Shown piece after piece: positions 27,057 through 36,840 of a stretch of DNA of 64,000 bases. Origin of the DNA: Dehalococcoidia bacterium (GTDB taxonomy: Bacteria > Chloroflexota > Dehalococcoidia > Lucifugimonadales > UBA3495); assembly GCA_963422635.1 (NCBI GenBank), contig OY730415.1, forward strand, positions 433,231 through 497,230, read 5' to 3'. Below the pieces are notes generated by a model. The model saw nothing but the letters and a program-made list of their open reading frames with translations, did no database searches and was not told the origin of the DNA. Every line of letters begins with the position of its first letter. Position 1 is the stretch's first letter. A program made the translations under genes and the position numbers.

Positions 27057-27096
27057 AAAGAGCCTTGGCCGAAGCCGGCTTCGGCCAAGGCTCTTT
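27057..27096. repeat. 40-nt perfect palindrome in the divergent MOSC / crotonase intergenic region
   Basis: AAAGAGCCTTGGCCGAAGCC|GGCTTCGGCCAAGGCTCTTT. Its end lies 55 nt upstream of the ATG at 27151. Confidence 0.9.
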
Positions 27097-27150
27097 AGGC
27101 CGGGAAGAGGGGGGTAGAGTAGGCGGAGACCGGGGTATCAGGGAGCGAAA

Positions 27151-28011
27151 ATGTCCAGCGATTACATCAAGACCGAAATCAGGGACGGCGTATTGGCTAT
27201 CACCATGCACGACCCGGCAACCCGAAACGCCATCAACCCGGATATGGCACGGGAGATGTTTGAGGCTTTGGAGCGGTTCGAGGATGACCCGGAGCAGCGC
27301 GCGCTGCTGCTGACCGGAACCGAACCATCTTTCTGTTCCGGCGCCAACGTGCAGGGCTTTAGCCGCAGTATTCAGGAGCGGGAACGGCGGGAGGAAGAGG
27401 GAGAGAGCGAAGCGACCTTCCACCGGCCCTGGGGCGGTATGGAGGCTCGATATGCTCGGCAGTTTGACCCGGAGTCCTCTCGCGCGCCGGAAATGGCGCT
27501 GCGAATTCAGGAATTGCAGAAGCCGACCATCGCCGCGGTTAACGGCCACGCCATCGGCGCCGGCATGGGGCTGGCCTTGGCCTGCGACATTCGCATCGCA
27601 GCCCAAAAGGCGCAGTTTTCCGAGGCTTTCGTCCTGATGGGGCTGATTCCTGCCGTCGGCAGTTGCTGGAACCTGCCCCGGCTCATCGGCCTAAGCAATA
27701 CCTTGCTGCTGCAATACTCCGGCGACCGGGTGGACGGTCAAGAGGCTTTAAGGATGGGACTGGTCAGTAAGGTGACGCCTGATGACCATCTGATGGAGGC
27801 GGCCTGGGAGCTGGCTACCCGATTGGCCCAGGGCGCTACCCGGTCGCAGTCGCTGACTAAATACCTGGTGCGCCAAAGCTTGGATCAAAGCTTCCGGGAG
27901 CATCTGGAGTTGGCCCATGTGGCCCAGGATCAGGCTCGTCGCACCGAAGACCACCGAGAGGCAGTGCAAGCCTTTCTGGAAAAGCGGACGCCGAAGTTTA
28001 AGGGACGGTAG
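27151..28011 (+). CDS. enoyl-CoA hydratase/isomerase (crotonase) family protein
   Basis: FCSGANV, KPTIAAVNGHAIGAGMGLALACDIRIA and a C-terminal EGVQAFLEKR-type tail (REAVQAFLEKRTPKF). Has an acidic insertion after the first oxyanion motif. Confidence 0.85.
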   Translation: MSSDYIKTEIRDGVLAITMHDPATRNAINPDMAREMFEALERFEDDPEQRALLLTGTEPSFCSGANVQGFSRSIQERERREEEGESEATFHRPWGGMEARYARQFDPESSRAPEMALRIQELQKPTIAAVNGHAIGAGMGLALACDIRIAAQKAQFSEAFVLMGLIPAVGSCWNLPRLIGLSNTLLLQYSGDRVDGQEALRMGLVSKVTPDDHLMEAAWELATRLAQGATRSQSLTKYLVRQSLDQSFREHLELAHVAQDQARRTEDHREAVQAFLEKRTPKFKGR

Positions 28012-28083
28012 AAGCCGGCGCCGGCAGGGAAGCCAAATATAGGCTACTCATCGTTTAGGCCTAATAGAGGCCCCCCAAGCTTC

Positions 28084-28136
28084 GTTCCCTTGGGGGTAAT
28101 CCTTAGGAACGCCCGCTAGATTACCCCCAAGGGAAC
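28084..28136. terminator. 18-bp perfect-stem hairpin between convergent genes (candidate bidirectional terminator or structured RNA)
   Basis: GTTCCCTTGGGGGTAATC (28084-28101) pairs with GATTACCCCCAAGGGAAC (28119-28136) around a 17-nt loop. No U tract on either strand. Confidence 0.45.
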
Positions 28137-28279
28137 AACACCCCAGACAACCCATTGACTTTTGGCAACGGCGTCCCGGCGACAGATATAGCGGAACACG
28201 ATGGCTGCGTTTTATTTTCGATGTTTGTCTGGGGTGCGCCGGGTATTGTACTAACCGTCCGCTCCGGGCTTGTTCGCCG

Positions 28280-29290
28280 CTACCGAAGCTCGGTGCCGTC
28301 CCGGCGCAGCAAGTAGCCTTCGCTGATGGACTTGGCTATTTTCCGCGTTCCCGTCAGGCTGCTGATGGCCTCAGGTACGGCCCGGATGACAACGCCCTCC
28401 CGGAGGTGGTCGGCGCCGGGCAAAGTAGTCTGGCCCTCGGTGAGGGCGAGGACGGTCTCCCTGGAGTACGGGCCCTCGTACAGCGCCGGAACCAGGCTCC
28501 AACCCAAGGACCTGATGTACTCGTAGGTCTGATACTCCCCCTCTATGGCGATGTCGAAGACCCGGAACTCTTGGGTGTTTAGGCCGTATTTCAGGTCTTG
28601 GATCCCGGCGCCGTAGATTTCGCCCAGGACATGAAAGTCGGCGCCGCCCAGTCCCTCCTCCATCCGTTGCAGGATTGCTCGGTTAAGTTCCCACTGCCGG
28701 ACGTAGAGGTTGTTCCGATTGGCCTCGTTTCGTTTAAGGGCCAGTCCCTGTTCCGACATTCCCAAGCTGCTGACCAGCGGTTCGCCGCCGACTCGGGCCA
28801 GGCAGCACCAAGTCCCATGAATTTTCTCAGTGATGATAACGGTCTCGCCTTCGCGGAACATTTCGGGGTACTTCTTGATGTTTTCTACGGGAAATTTGAG
28901 GGTTTGTCCGCTTCGCGATTCCACCTGTCCCTGCATGTCCGCCGGAATGGGCGGCTCCCATTTGGTGATGCCCAGCTCTTCCCCTACGTCCACTCCTGGC
29001 AGTCGGCCAGGCATCGGATAAACCAAGCCCTGGGACAGGACGCCCCGGAGCCTTATTGCCTTGACGCGGTTACCCTCCGGGCCGGCGAGCTTCCCTTCCA
29101 GTCCCAGCTCGGCTATGAGGTTATCCGGGACCACGGACGCCTCTGGGATGTAGGCGCAGACGTCTCCATCCCGGAACTGGCCCTTGAGGACTATGCTGCG
29201 GTAGTCGCCGATACGGGCCAACTCCAGCCGGTCCGCGCCGGGGTGCTCTTCGATAGTGATGGAATAGGTCTTGACTTCGAATTCCGCCAT
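28280..29290 (-). CDS. ATP-dependent RNA ligase, Rnl5/DraRnl-like, with an N-terminal tRNA-binding-type OB domain
   Basis: Start moved to ATG 29290 (MAEFEVKTYSI...) behind GAGAGGAA. N-domain EEHPGADRLELARIGDYRSIV...IRLRGVLSQGL. Ligase motif I TEKIHGTW. Confidence 0.65.
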   Translation of the reverse strand: MAEFEVKTYSITIEEHPGADRLELARIGDYRSIVLKGQFRDGDVCAYIPEASVVPDNLIAELGLEGKLAGPEGNRVKAIRLRGVLSQGLVYPMPGRLPGVDVGEELGITKWEPPIPADMQGQVESRSGQTLKFPVENIKKYPEMFREGETVIITEKIHGTWCCLARVGGEPLVSSLGMSEQGLALKRNEANRNNLYVRQWELNRAILQRMEEGLGGADFHVLGEIYGAGIQDLKYGLNTQEFRVFDIAIEGEYQTYEYIRSLGWSLVPALYEGPYSRETVLALTEGQTTLPGADHLREGVVIRAVPEAISSLTGTRKIAKSISEGYLLRRDGTELR

Positions 29291-29593
29291 TACTGTTCCT
29301 CTCTTGCCCCTCTTCTGGTTAGAGTTCTCCGGGGCATACGCCGATTTTTCCTTCCCTGACGGAAAGGAGGGGGCCGATCGAAGCCGGCGCCGCCGTCGGT
29401 TCCATCCAGCGCGCTTGGGCCTATCGGTGGGTTTAAACCGGTTCAGACCCGGGTCTGAACCGGGAGTTGCAGCATCTGTTGGGATTACCAACCGGTCGAG
29501 CTTAGCTGAAAACGGAAGAGTTCGACCAGCTCACCACGAACGGGATTGGGCCGAGGCGAATTGACGAGAGGTAGGGTAACGGCCGGCGTCCCC

Positions 29594-30769
29594 CTACCCT
29601 TCGTCCGGTTCCCAGCCCCAGGGACGCGGCCCCCAGCCGGCCTCATAGACCTGACCCGCCTTGACCGTCAGCGCCGGCGTTATTGCCTTTTCCGTCTTGC
29701 GGGCGCCGCCTACCACGTCATAGACCACCCAATTCCCCTCCTTGATTTCCAGCACCGACACATCGGCTTGGTGGCCGGGGGTCAGTGCGCCTATGCGGGT
29801 TTCCTGACCCAGCGCCCTGGCCGGATTGAGGGTACACATCTCCACCACTTGCTCCAGGGTGAACCCCAGCGCCAGGAAACGGGTCATCATCTCGGTCATA
29901 CTGTGCACCGTCAGTTGGCGGCCGGGCAGAGTCAAATCCGTGCTGATGCAGTGCGGCAGCAAACCTTGGTCCAGTACCCGCTGCCCCACGTCAAAGCTGA
30001 AGTTCATCCGACCGTGGGCCGTATCCAGCCAAACGCCCCGCTCCTGCGCCTCTTTAGCTTCGGGGACTAGCTTGCCCTCAGCGTCAATCACGCCGCCAGG
30101 GTTGGCGGTGAACAGATGGGTAACGATGTCGCCTTCTTCCAAGATGGGAAGAAGTTGATGGATGACGCCGGGGTCGTAGCGCTTCTCCGTGTCGCCAATA
30201 TGCACCATCAGCTTGACTCCGGCCTCTTTGGCGGCGCGTTTTGCCATTCGCGGCATCTCCATGCCCATAATTTCCAGAGCCGGGGAAACCATGCGGGCCT
30301 TGATGCCAAAAATCGTGTCCCGGTTTTGCTCAACCACCTGAATTGTCTTGTCCAGATCAATGCTGGCGGGACTGAAAATATCCGGGGTGGTGGCAAGACC
30401 GGTGCGGCAGATGTGTAAAAAGGGTATGATTTCGGTAGCGTTGTTGGGAATGATGTGCCGGGGAAAGCCGCCGTAAGTGTCGCAGCCAGAGCTACCGGCG
30501 TCCACCATCGTAGTAACGCCGGCGCGTACGCCGCCAATGTCGGCCACCACCCCGTTGCCGTTGACCCCGTCGTAGATATGAGTATGCAGGTCAATCAGCC
30601 CGGGGGTAACCAGTTTGCCCCGAACCTCCAGAACCCAGTTTGCCTCTGCCGCCGGGATGTCCGGGGCGACGCGGGCGATCTTGCCATCCTCCACTGCCAC
30701 ATCGTTGACCTCGTTGATTCCCTGGGCCGGGTCGATGACCGTACCGCCCTTGACTAGCAGGTCATACAT
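29594..30769 (-). CDS. amidohydrolase/deacetylase family metallohydrolase
   Basis: MYDLLVKGGTVIDPAQGINEVNDVAVEDGKIARV and GLIDLHTHIY (HxH metal site). The start at M5 of the track ORF is preferred. Confidence 0.8.
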   Translation of the reverse strand: MYDLLVKGGTVIDPAQGINEVNDVAVEDGKIARVAPDIPAAEANWVLEVRGKLVTPGLIDLHTHIYDGVNGNGVVADIGGVRAGVTTMVDAGSSGCDTYGGFPRHIIPNNATEIIPFLHICRTGLATTPDIFSPASIDLDKTIQVVEQNRDTIFGIKARMVSPALEIMGMEMPRMAKRAAKEAGVKLMVHIGDTEKRYDPGVIHQLLPILEEGDIVTHLFTANPGGVIDAEGKLVPEAKEAQERGVWLDTAHGRMNFSFDVGQRVLDQGLLPHCISTDLTLPGRQLTVHSMTEMMTRFLALGFTLEQVVEMCTLNPARALGQETRIGALTPGHQADVSVLEIKEGNWVVYDVVGGARKTEKAITPALTVKAGQVYEAGWGPRPWGWEPDEG

Positions 30770-30856
30770 TATGCACCTCAAGAATAAAACTGACCCAAAG
30801 ACGCGAAGCCGCAGCGGTTTTCACGGATATTAGCCGCTTCTCTGCGGACAAAAGCC

Positions 30857-31828
30857 TTAGCTGTGCCCGTTGAACAGTTCCCCGACCGACTGGCCCCGAT
30901 GAATGCGGCGGATGGCCTCGCCCAACAGGGGAGCGATGGACAACACCTTCAGCTTGTTCCGGTTCTCTCCCCTAATCAGTGGCAAAGTATCAGTTACCAC
31001 CACTTCCTTAAAGTCGCTGTCGGCAATGATATCGTAAGCTCGGCGGGCAAAAACCGGGTGCGTAGCGCAACAATAAACCCGGGTTACTCCGGATTCCAGC
31101 AGGGCATTGCCGGCGTTAACCGTGGTGCCGCCGGTGAGAATTTCATCGTCGAAGGTCAAAGCTACCTTACCTTTAACATCGCCGATGACGTTGAGAATTT
31201 CCGTATGGTCGGCGTTGTCCAGCCGGCGCTTTTCAATAATCGCCAGCGGAACGTCCAGATACTCGGCCACGTCCCGGGCCCGCTTGCTGATGCCGATGTC
31301 CACCGCCACCACCACCAGGTCGTCAATCTCCTTGGCCTTAAAATAGTCGGCCATCAGGGTCATGGCGGTAAGCTCATCCACCGGGATGTTAAAGAAGCCC
31401 TGGATTTGGCCGGCGTGGAGGTCAACGGTCAACAGACGGTCGGCGCCGGCGGTGGTCAACAGGTCGGCCACCAGACGGGCGGTAATCGGCACCCGAGGCT
31501 GGTCTTTCTTGTCGGTACGGCCATAGCCATAGTAGGGAATTACCGCCGTTATCCGCCCCGCCGACGCTCGTTTGCAGGCGTCAATCATAATGAGCAATTC
31601 CATCAGGTTGTCATTCACCGGAGCTCCGGTGGGCTGAATAATAAAAACGTCCCGTTGGCGGACATTCTCCAGAATACGAACGAAGCTGTTGTCGTTGGCG
31701 AACTTAAAAACCTCGGCCAGGCCGACGGGCAGATTCAGATAATCGCATACCGACCGGGCCAAAGCGGGGTGGGAGTTCCCGCTGAAGATCCGCAAGTCGT
31801 CAATTACCGGCCCTTTATTTAACGTCAT
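30857..31828 (-). CDS. prs: ribose-phosphate pyrophosphokinase
   Basis: LRIFSGNSHPALA, YYGYGRTDKK, DLHAGQIQGFF and the PRPP loop VALTFDDEILTGGT. Confidence 0.9.
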   Translation of the reverse strand: MTLNKGPVIDDLRIFSGNSHPALARSVCDYLNLPVGLAEVFKFANDNSFVRILENVRQRDVFIIQPTGAPVNDNLMELLIMIDACKRASAGRITAVIPYYGYGRTDKKDQPRVPITARLVADLLTTAGADRLLTVDLHAGQIQGFFNIPVDELTAMTLMADYFKAKEIDDLVVVAVDIGISKRARDVAEYLDVPLAIIEKRRLDNADHTEILNVIGDVKGKVALTFDDEILTGGTTVNAGNALLESGVTRVYCCATHPVFARRAYDIIADSDFKEVVVTDTLPLIRGENRNKLKVLSIAPLLGEAIRRIHRGQSVGELFNGHS

Positions 31829-32281
31829 GCAATCGGCTGCCCGGAAACTAGCGGCGAACTAGTGGCGGCAGCCCTACCCCCTTCCTCGATTAAGCCTGAC
31901 CCGGCCAGCGCCGGGGAATTGCCGGGAAATTATAGCACAGGGAAATGGACGCAAAACAGAAAAAACGTTCCGGCAACGCCCGGTTTCTCCGAAAGCGGCC
32001 TCGGCTCGCCACCATCCCGGCCCCCACGCAATCCCAACCCGACCTATCGTTCCGGCCAGCGCCGGAAAGTCTTTCGAGAAACTTCCGCTAAAATGAACGC
32101 TGCCTCCCCTCCTCCGGGAACCTTACCAAATAACGCGCCTAGCCAAAACCGTCCGATTTAAGGTATTATAGAAGCGAACAGTTCGCTATTCCGACCCAAA
32201 CCCAAATACCCGCCCCACCGTCATCCCATCCCGCGCCGGAATCCAGTAACCTCACCACCATTACCGGAGGCCGTCCCGCCA

Positions 32282-33463
32282 ATGTTCAGCTACATCGACC
32301 ACTTGGAATGTACCCAGTGCGGCAAAACTTTTCCCCAAAACCAAGTCAACAAAGTCAGCGATTGTTGCGGCAAGGCGCTTTTTGCCCGCTATGACCTGCC
32401 CCGCCTGCGCCGGGAGGGAAACCGGGAGGCGTATGCCGGCCGGGAACCGAATATGTGGCGATTCGCCGAGTTGATGCCGGTAACCGACCCGTCGCAGGTG
32501 GTTACCCTGGGCGAGGGCGGAACCCCGTTGCTGGCAGCTTCTAACCTGCAAAAAAGGCTGGGATTGAAAAGCCTGTTCATCAAGGAAGAGGGCTTGAATC
32601 CCACTGGAACCTTCAAGGCTAGGGGCATTTCCGCCGCCGTTTCCAAGGCCGCCGAGTTGGGCATAACCGGGTTTACTATGCCCTCGGCCGGCAATGCCGC
32701 CGGCGCCGCCGCCGCCTATTGCGCCCGCGCCGCCCGCCCGGTCAAGGTCTTTATGCCCCAAGACGCTCCGACAGCTAACAAGAAGGAATCGATAATGGCA
32801 GGGGCGGAGCTCAACCTGGTGGAGGGCCTGATTAGCGACGCGGGACGCCTGGCGGTGGCAGTGGCCGAGGAACAGAACCTCTTTGACCTTTCCACCCTGA
32901 AGGAGCCGTACCGGGCCGAGGGCAAGAAGACGATGGGCTTGGAGATTGCTATGCAGTTGGGCTGGAAAATGCCGGACGCCATTATTTACCCCACCGGCGG
33001 CGGCACCGGCATCATCGGGATGTATAAGGGCTTTCAGGAGTTGCTGGAACTGGGCTGGATTGAGGGTAAGCTACCCAAATTCATTGCGGTGCAGCCCACC
33101 GGCTGCCAGCCAATAGTAAAAGCCTTTAACGAGGGAGTCGCCACCGCCGAACCTTGGGCCAACGCCCAGACCATCGCCGACGGCTTGCGGGTGCCCGGCC
33201 CCTTTGCCGATTACCTGATTCTTCAGGCTATAAGGGAGACCGGCGGGACGGCCCTGGCTATTGAAGACCAGGATATGGTAGCGGCGATGTACGAAATCGC
33301 CACTGCAGAAGGCATCATCGCCTGCCCGGAGGGAGCGGCGACCCTGGTCGGCTTGAAGCGGTTGGTGCAGCAGGGCTTCTTGGGCGCCGACGAAACTATC
33401 GTGCTACTTAACACCGGCTCCGGCTACAAGTACCTGGACTTAATCCGGGACAGCAACGGGTAA
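32282..33463 (+). CDS. thrC: threonine synthase
   Basis: N-terminal zinc-ribbon-like CTQCGK...CCG, PLP lysine motif NPTGTFKARG, and GNAAGAAAAY. Confidence 0.9.
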   Translation: MFSYIDHLECTQCGKTFPQNQVNKVSDCCGKALFARYDLPRLRREGNREAYAGREPNMWRFAELMPVTDPSQVVTLGEGGTPLLAASNLQKRLGLKSLFIKEEGLNPTGTFKARGISAAVSKAAELGITGFTMPSAGNAAGAAAAYCARAARPVKVFMPQDAPTANKKESIMAGAELNLVEGLISDAGRLAVAVAEEQNLFDLSTLKEPYRAEGKKTMGLEIAMQLGWKMPDAIIYPTGGGTGIIGMYKGFQELLELGWIEGKLPKFIAVQPTGCQPIVKAFNEGVATAEPWANAQTIADGLRVPGPFADYLILQAIRETGGTALAIEDQDMVAAMYEIATAEGIIACPEGAATLVGLKRLVQQGFLGADETIVLLNTGSGYKYLDLIRDSNG

Positions 33464-33551
33464 GGTAGGGCGCCCTCACCCTGGCCCTCTCCCGAAAGAG
33501 AAGAGGACAACGCCAAAAAGGGCCGAAACGGAGTTTAACCGGAGGAAGGTT

Positions 33552-34451
33552 GTGAAAGTTATTCTCTGCTCTCCCCGGGGCTTTTGCGCCGGAGTAGTCC
33601 GGGCGATTCAGGTAGTGGAGCAATGCCTGGAGCGGTTCGGGCCGCCCATCTATGTCAAACATCAGATTGTCCATAACCCCTACGTGGTCGAGGGACTGGA
33701 ACGCAAGGGGGCCATCACCGTGGCGGCAGTGGCGGAAATTCCGCCGGGATCGCGGGTGGTATTCTCGGCCCACGGCTCTCCCCCGGAGGATTTTGAGCAA
33801 GCTCGAGAGCGCGACCTTCAGGTTATCGACGCCGTTTGTCCCCTGGTAACCCGGGTGCACAACGAGGCTGTCAAGTATCATCGGGAGGGCCGCAAGGTAA
33901 TCCTGGTGGGGCATGCCGGGCATCAGGAAGTTAAAGGAACTATGGGCCAGGCCCCGATGCTTCTGGTGGATGAGAGCTCGGATAACCAGACGCCGGAATG
34001 GGATCCGGATACGCCGGTGGCGGTGCTGACTCAAACCACCCTATCCGTCGGCGATACCGCCGCGGCTATCGACCGCATCAAGCGGCGTTTTCCCCAAGCC
34101 CAGGTGCGTAACGACATCTGTTACGCCACCACCAATCGCCAGGCGGCGGTTAGCCAGATGGCCTCCCTGGTGGACTTGGCGCTGGTAATCGGCGCTCAAA
34201 ACAGCTCAAACTGCAACCGACTTCTGGAGCTTGCCAAGTCCTTGGGGACGCCGGCCTACTTGATTAACGGCCCAGAGGAAATCTCCCCGGACTGGCTGGA
34301 CGGCAAGGAAACCGTAGGTATCGCCTCCGGCGCCTCCACGCCGGAAGCGCTCGTGGATGCAGTCATTACGGCGTTGAACCCGGACCAGGTAACCTTGCTG
34401 GAAGGGGTGGAGGAAAACATCACCTTTACTATGCCCCGGGAACTGCAATAA
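33552..34451 (+). CDS. ispH: 4-hydroxy-3-methylbut-2-enyl diphosphate reductase
   Basis: GTG start after GGAGGAAGG. PRGFCAGVVRAI, AVCPLVTRVH and ICYATTNRQ carry the three cluster cysteines. Confidence 0.9.
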   Translation: MKVILCSPRGFCAGVVRAIQVVEQCLERFGPPIYVKHQIVHNPYVVEGLERKGAITVAAVAEIPPGSRVVFSAHGSPPEDFEQARERDLQVIDAVCPLVTRVHNEAVKYHREGRKVILVGHAGHQEVKGTMGQAPMLLVDESSDNQTPEWDPDTPVAVLTQTTLSVGDTAAAIDRIKRRFPQAQVRNDICYATTNRQAAVSQMASLVDLALVIGAQNSSNCNRLLELAKSLGTPAYLINGPEEISPDWLDGKETVGIASGASTPEALVDAVITALNPDQVTLLEGVEENITFTMPRELQ

Positions 34452-34641
34452 CCCGGCTCGAGCCAGCCGCTCCAGCTTCCGGCTCAACCCGGAATACCGG
34501 TTGCGGGCCCTCTGAAAACCCCGACGCCACTGCCCGGATTCGTCGTTGTAGGCGGTAGAACTCCGGCAAAGCCCCAGACGGCTGGCAGGCCCCCCTCGGA
34601 GGTTGACGGAAGGCGCCAATACTTACGGAGGTCAACGCAAT

Positions 34642-35130
34642 ATGCCGCCACCGGAACGATACAATACCGGGTATAACCTGGGGGTTGGCGGCGCCGTGGT
34701 GTGGGAAGGAAAGTTGCTGCTGGTCCGGCGCGCTTCTCGTCGCGGCCGCGGCAACTGGCAAATTCCGGGCGGCTTTGTAGAGCCGGCGGAGACTATTGAA
34801 GAGGCTGTGGTGCGCGAGGTGGCCGAGGAGACCGGCGTGGTGACCCAGGTGGAGGGCGTACTGAGCATCCGCAACCGCTATGACCCGGATAACGGGAACA
34901 GCATCTACGTGGTACTGTTGCTGCAACCGCTGCGGGGCGAGCCAACTCCCGACGACCGGGAGGTTGACCGGGCCGGCTACTTTTCGCTGGAGGAAATTGA
35001 TGCGCTGGAGCAGACGTCGGCAATCAACCGGGAAGTGGCCCGCCGCGCCCTCTCCCCGGAGCGTCGTATCCTCTCCCCCCAAGAACTGACCCAACCCACC
35101 GGGGTAACCTACACTCTGTTTCTGGGATAG
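34642..35130 (+). CDS. NUDIX hydrolase
   Basis: Nudix box GGFVEPAETIEEAVVREVAEETGV. ATG 34642 is preferred over the TTG at 34603. Confidence 0.8.
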   Translation: MPPPERYNTGYNLGVGGAVVWEGKLLLVRRASRRGRGNWQIPGGFVEPAETIEEAVVREVAEETGVVTQVEGVLSIRNRYDPDNGNSIYVVLLLQPLRGEPTPDDREVDRAGYFSLEEIDALEQTSAINREVARRALSPERRILSPQELTQPTGVTYTLFLG

Positions 35131-35341
35131 CGGGCCGACCAGCCTGATTCAGCGTTCAGCCTAGTAACATAGCATCGTGCGACCGCTCTCTCTCGGCGAG
35201 CCGCACCCCTTTCCTTCCTATGGTGAGCGCCAAGGTAGGCTTGCGCCATCGATTCCAACTACTTGCCCGCTTTGTATTTGGGGAAACCGGGAACGCCGGC
35301 TGACGGAAAATGAATCAAAGCAACCAGCTTCCGCCTCTCAT

Positions 35342-35713
35342 TCAGCGCAACTCCCCTATCCGCAATGAGGACGCCTGCCCAACAAGCCACTGCGCCGCCA
35401 CCCGCCGGTGGCAAGGGAGGCCTGCGCGCTCAAAGCAGAGCAGGGTAACATCGCCCCAGCGAGGTAGTTCCCCTAACCAATCCCCAAAACTGCCGTCCTC
35501 GTTTAGCTTATCCGCCAAGCCCTCCCGGTAGGCTTGAGCGAGAGCGTCAAAATCCAGCTCACCCTGCCGATAGGCCCGCAGCAGTTCCCGGGGCGGGTAC
35601 AAAAAGGGCAAGGACTCCCACTGCGCTTTGCGGCCCCGCGGGTGAGCGCGGGACACCCGGCAGGCCCGGCCTACCCAGTCTTCCGGGGCGTAAAAACTGG
35701 CGGTATATAACAT
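35342..35713 (-). CDS. DUF488 family protein
   Basis: The size and the pattern LLRAYRQGELDFDALAQAYREGL...VTLLCFERAGLPCHRRVAAQWL are typical of DUF488. Confidence 0.65.
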   Translation of the reverse strand: MLYTASFYAPEDWVGRACRVSRAHPRGRKAQWESLPFLYPPRELLRAYRQGELDFDALAQAYREGLADKLNEDGSFGDWLGELPRWGDVTLLCFERAGLPCHRRVAAQWLVGQASSLRIGELR

Positions 35714-35719
35714 TGGCGC

Positions 35720-36784
35720 TTAATTCCTCTCTCTGCTGCCGGCGTCCTCGCGCACCGACAACGCTGCCGTCAAACCGCGCCGCTGCCGGACTATCCACCC
35801 GGCCAGGAACAGAATTGCTCCCGTCGCAACGACACTCAGGTAGCTGATCGAGCGATCCACCAGCACCAAGGCCAGAATGGTCGGGGCAGTCAGTACGGAA
35901 AGCTGCTTGAGCAACCCGGCTACGCCCGCCTCCACCGCGCCCAACCCCCCAGGCGTTGGCGTCAGGGTCAACAACGAGTTAGCCAAGGTTATAAATACAA
36001 TCAAGGCCAGGCTCAGGTCAACTCCCAAGGCTTGGGAGACCAGGTAGAGCCGGGCAACCTCGGCTAGCCAGGCCAGCAACCCCCACAGGCTGGCCCATGG
36101 CGCTTGCCGGAGACTGCCTACGGCTCCCTCTCGGAACTGTCGGTATCGCTCCGCCAACCAACGAGGCAGCCATCTCGTCCGGGCGGCGACAATAACCAGC
36201 AATATCCCGCCCAGCAAACCCAGCAGCGCCCCGGCCGTTCCCGCCACCATCCAGACGGCCCCGGCGCCGCTTCCCGCCCGGAAAAGCAGGAAAGGCAGGG
36301 ACAGCGCCAGCAGCAGCAGGATTGTGGCCGCGTCCAACAGCCGTTCCGACAGCGCCGTACCGACCGTGTGGGGAAAGGACGCGCTCTTCTCTTCATGGTA
36401 AAGATAGGCCCGGTAGGCATCGCCCAAGCGGAACCAGGACACCGAGTTGGCGAACCAACCCAACAGTATGAGCCGGCTGCAATAGAGGAGGCTCGGCCCG
36501 GCTTTATCCTTGGCCGGGACGTTACGGAGCAGCAATCGCCAACGCGCTCCCCGAAATATGAAGGAGGTGTAGTGAACGGCCACCGCCAAGCTCAAATACA
36601 GCGGGTTAGCCGACCTTACCTGCTGCCAAGTAGCGCTAAAGTCAACGTCAAAGCGGGTTGCCAGAAAGACCAGGAAAGCTGCGGCCAGGGCTAAGGCCAA
36701 TAGGGTAGGCAACGAAAAGACCCGGCGGACAATGGATGCCGGACCCGTCTGCGCCTGGTCATATCGCCCTTGGCGGTAACGCAA
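35720..36784 (-). CDS. flippase-like / lysylphosphatidylglycerol-synthase TM-region family (UPF0104) membrane protein
   Basis: 354 aa with about 8 predicted hydrophobic helices. Typical LTPTPGGLGAVEAG motif. Confidence 0.7.
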   Translation of the reverse strand: MRYRQGRYDQAQTGPASIVRRVFSLPTLLALALAAAFLVFLATRFDVDFSATWQQVRSANPLYLSLAVAVHYTSFIFRGARWRLLLRNVPAKDKAGPSLLYCSRLILLGWFANSVSWFRLGDAYRAYLYHEEKSASFPHTVGTALSERLLDAATILLLLALSLPFLLFRAGSGAGAVWMVAGTAGALLGLLGGILLVIVAARTRWLPRWLAERYRQFREGAVGSLRQAPWASLWGLLAWLAEVARLYLVSQALGVDLSLALIVFITLANSLLTLTPTPGGLGAVEAGVAGLLKQLSVLTAPTILALVLVDRSISYLSVVATGAILFLAGWIVRQRRGLTAALSVREDAGSRERN

Positions 36785-36840
36785 TCGAAAAGTTAACTCC
36801 TTAAGATAATACGGGACAGCGCGTTGGGACAGCTCTTTCG

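Noticed and set aside
28139-28236. A ~98-bp element bounded by 12-nt inverted repeats, considered as a MITE.
   Set aside because: No target-site duplication at the flanks and no second copy in the window. It is retained only as part of the structured-spacer observation.
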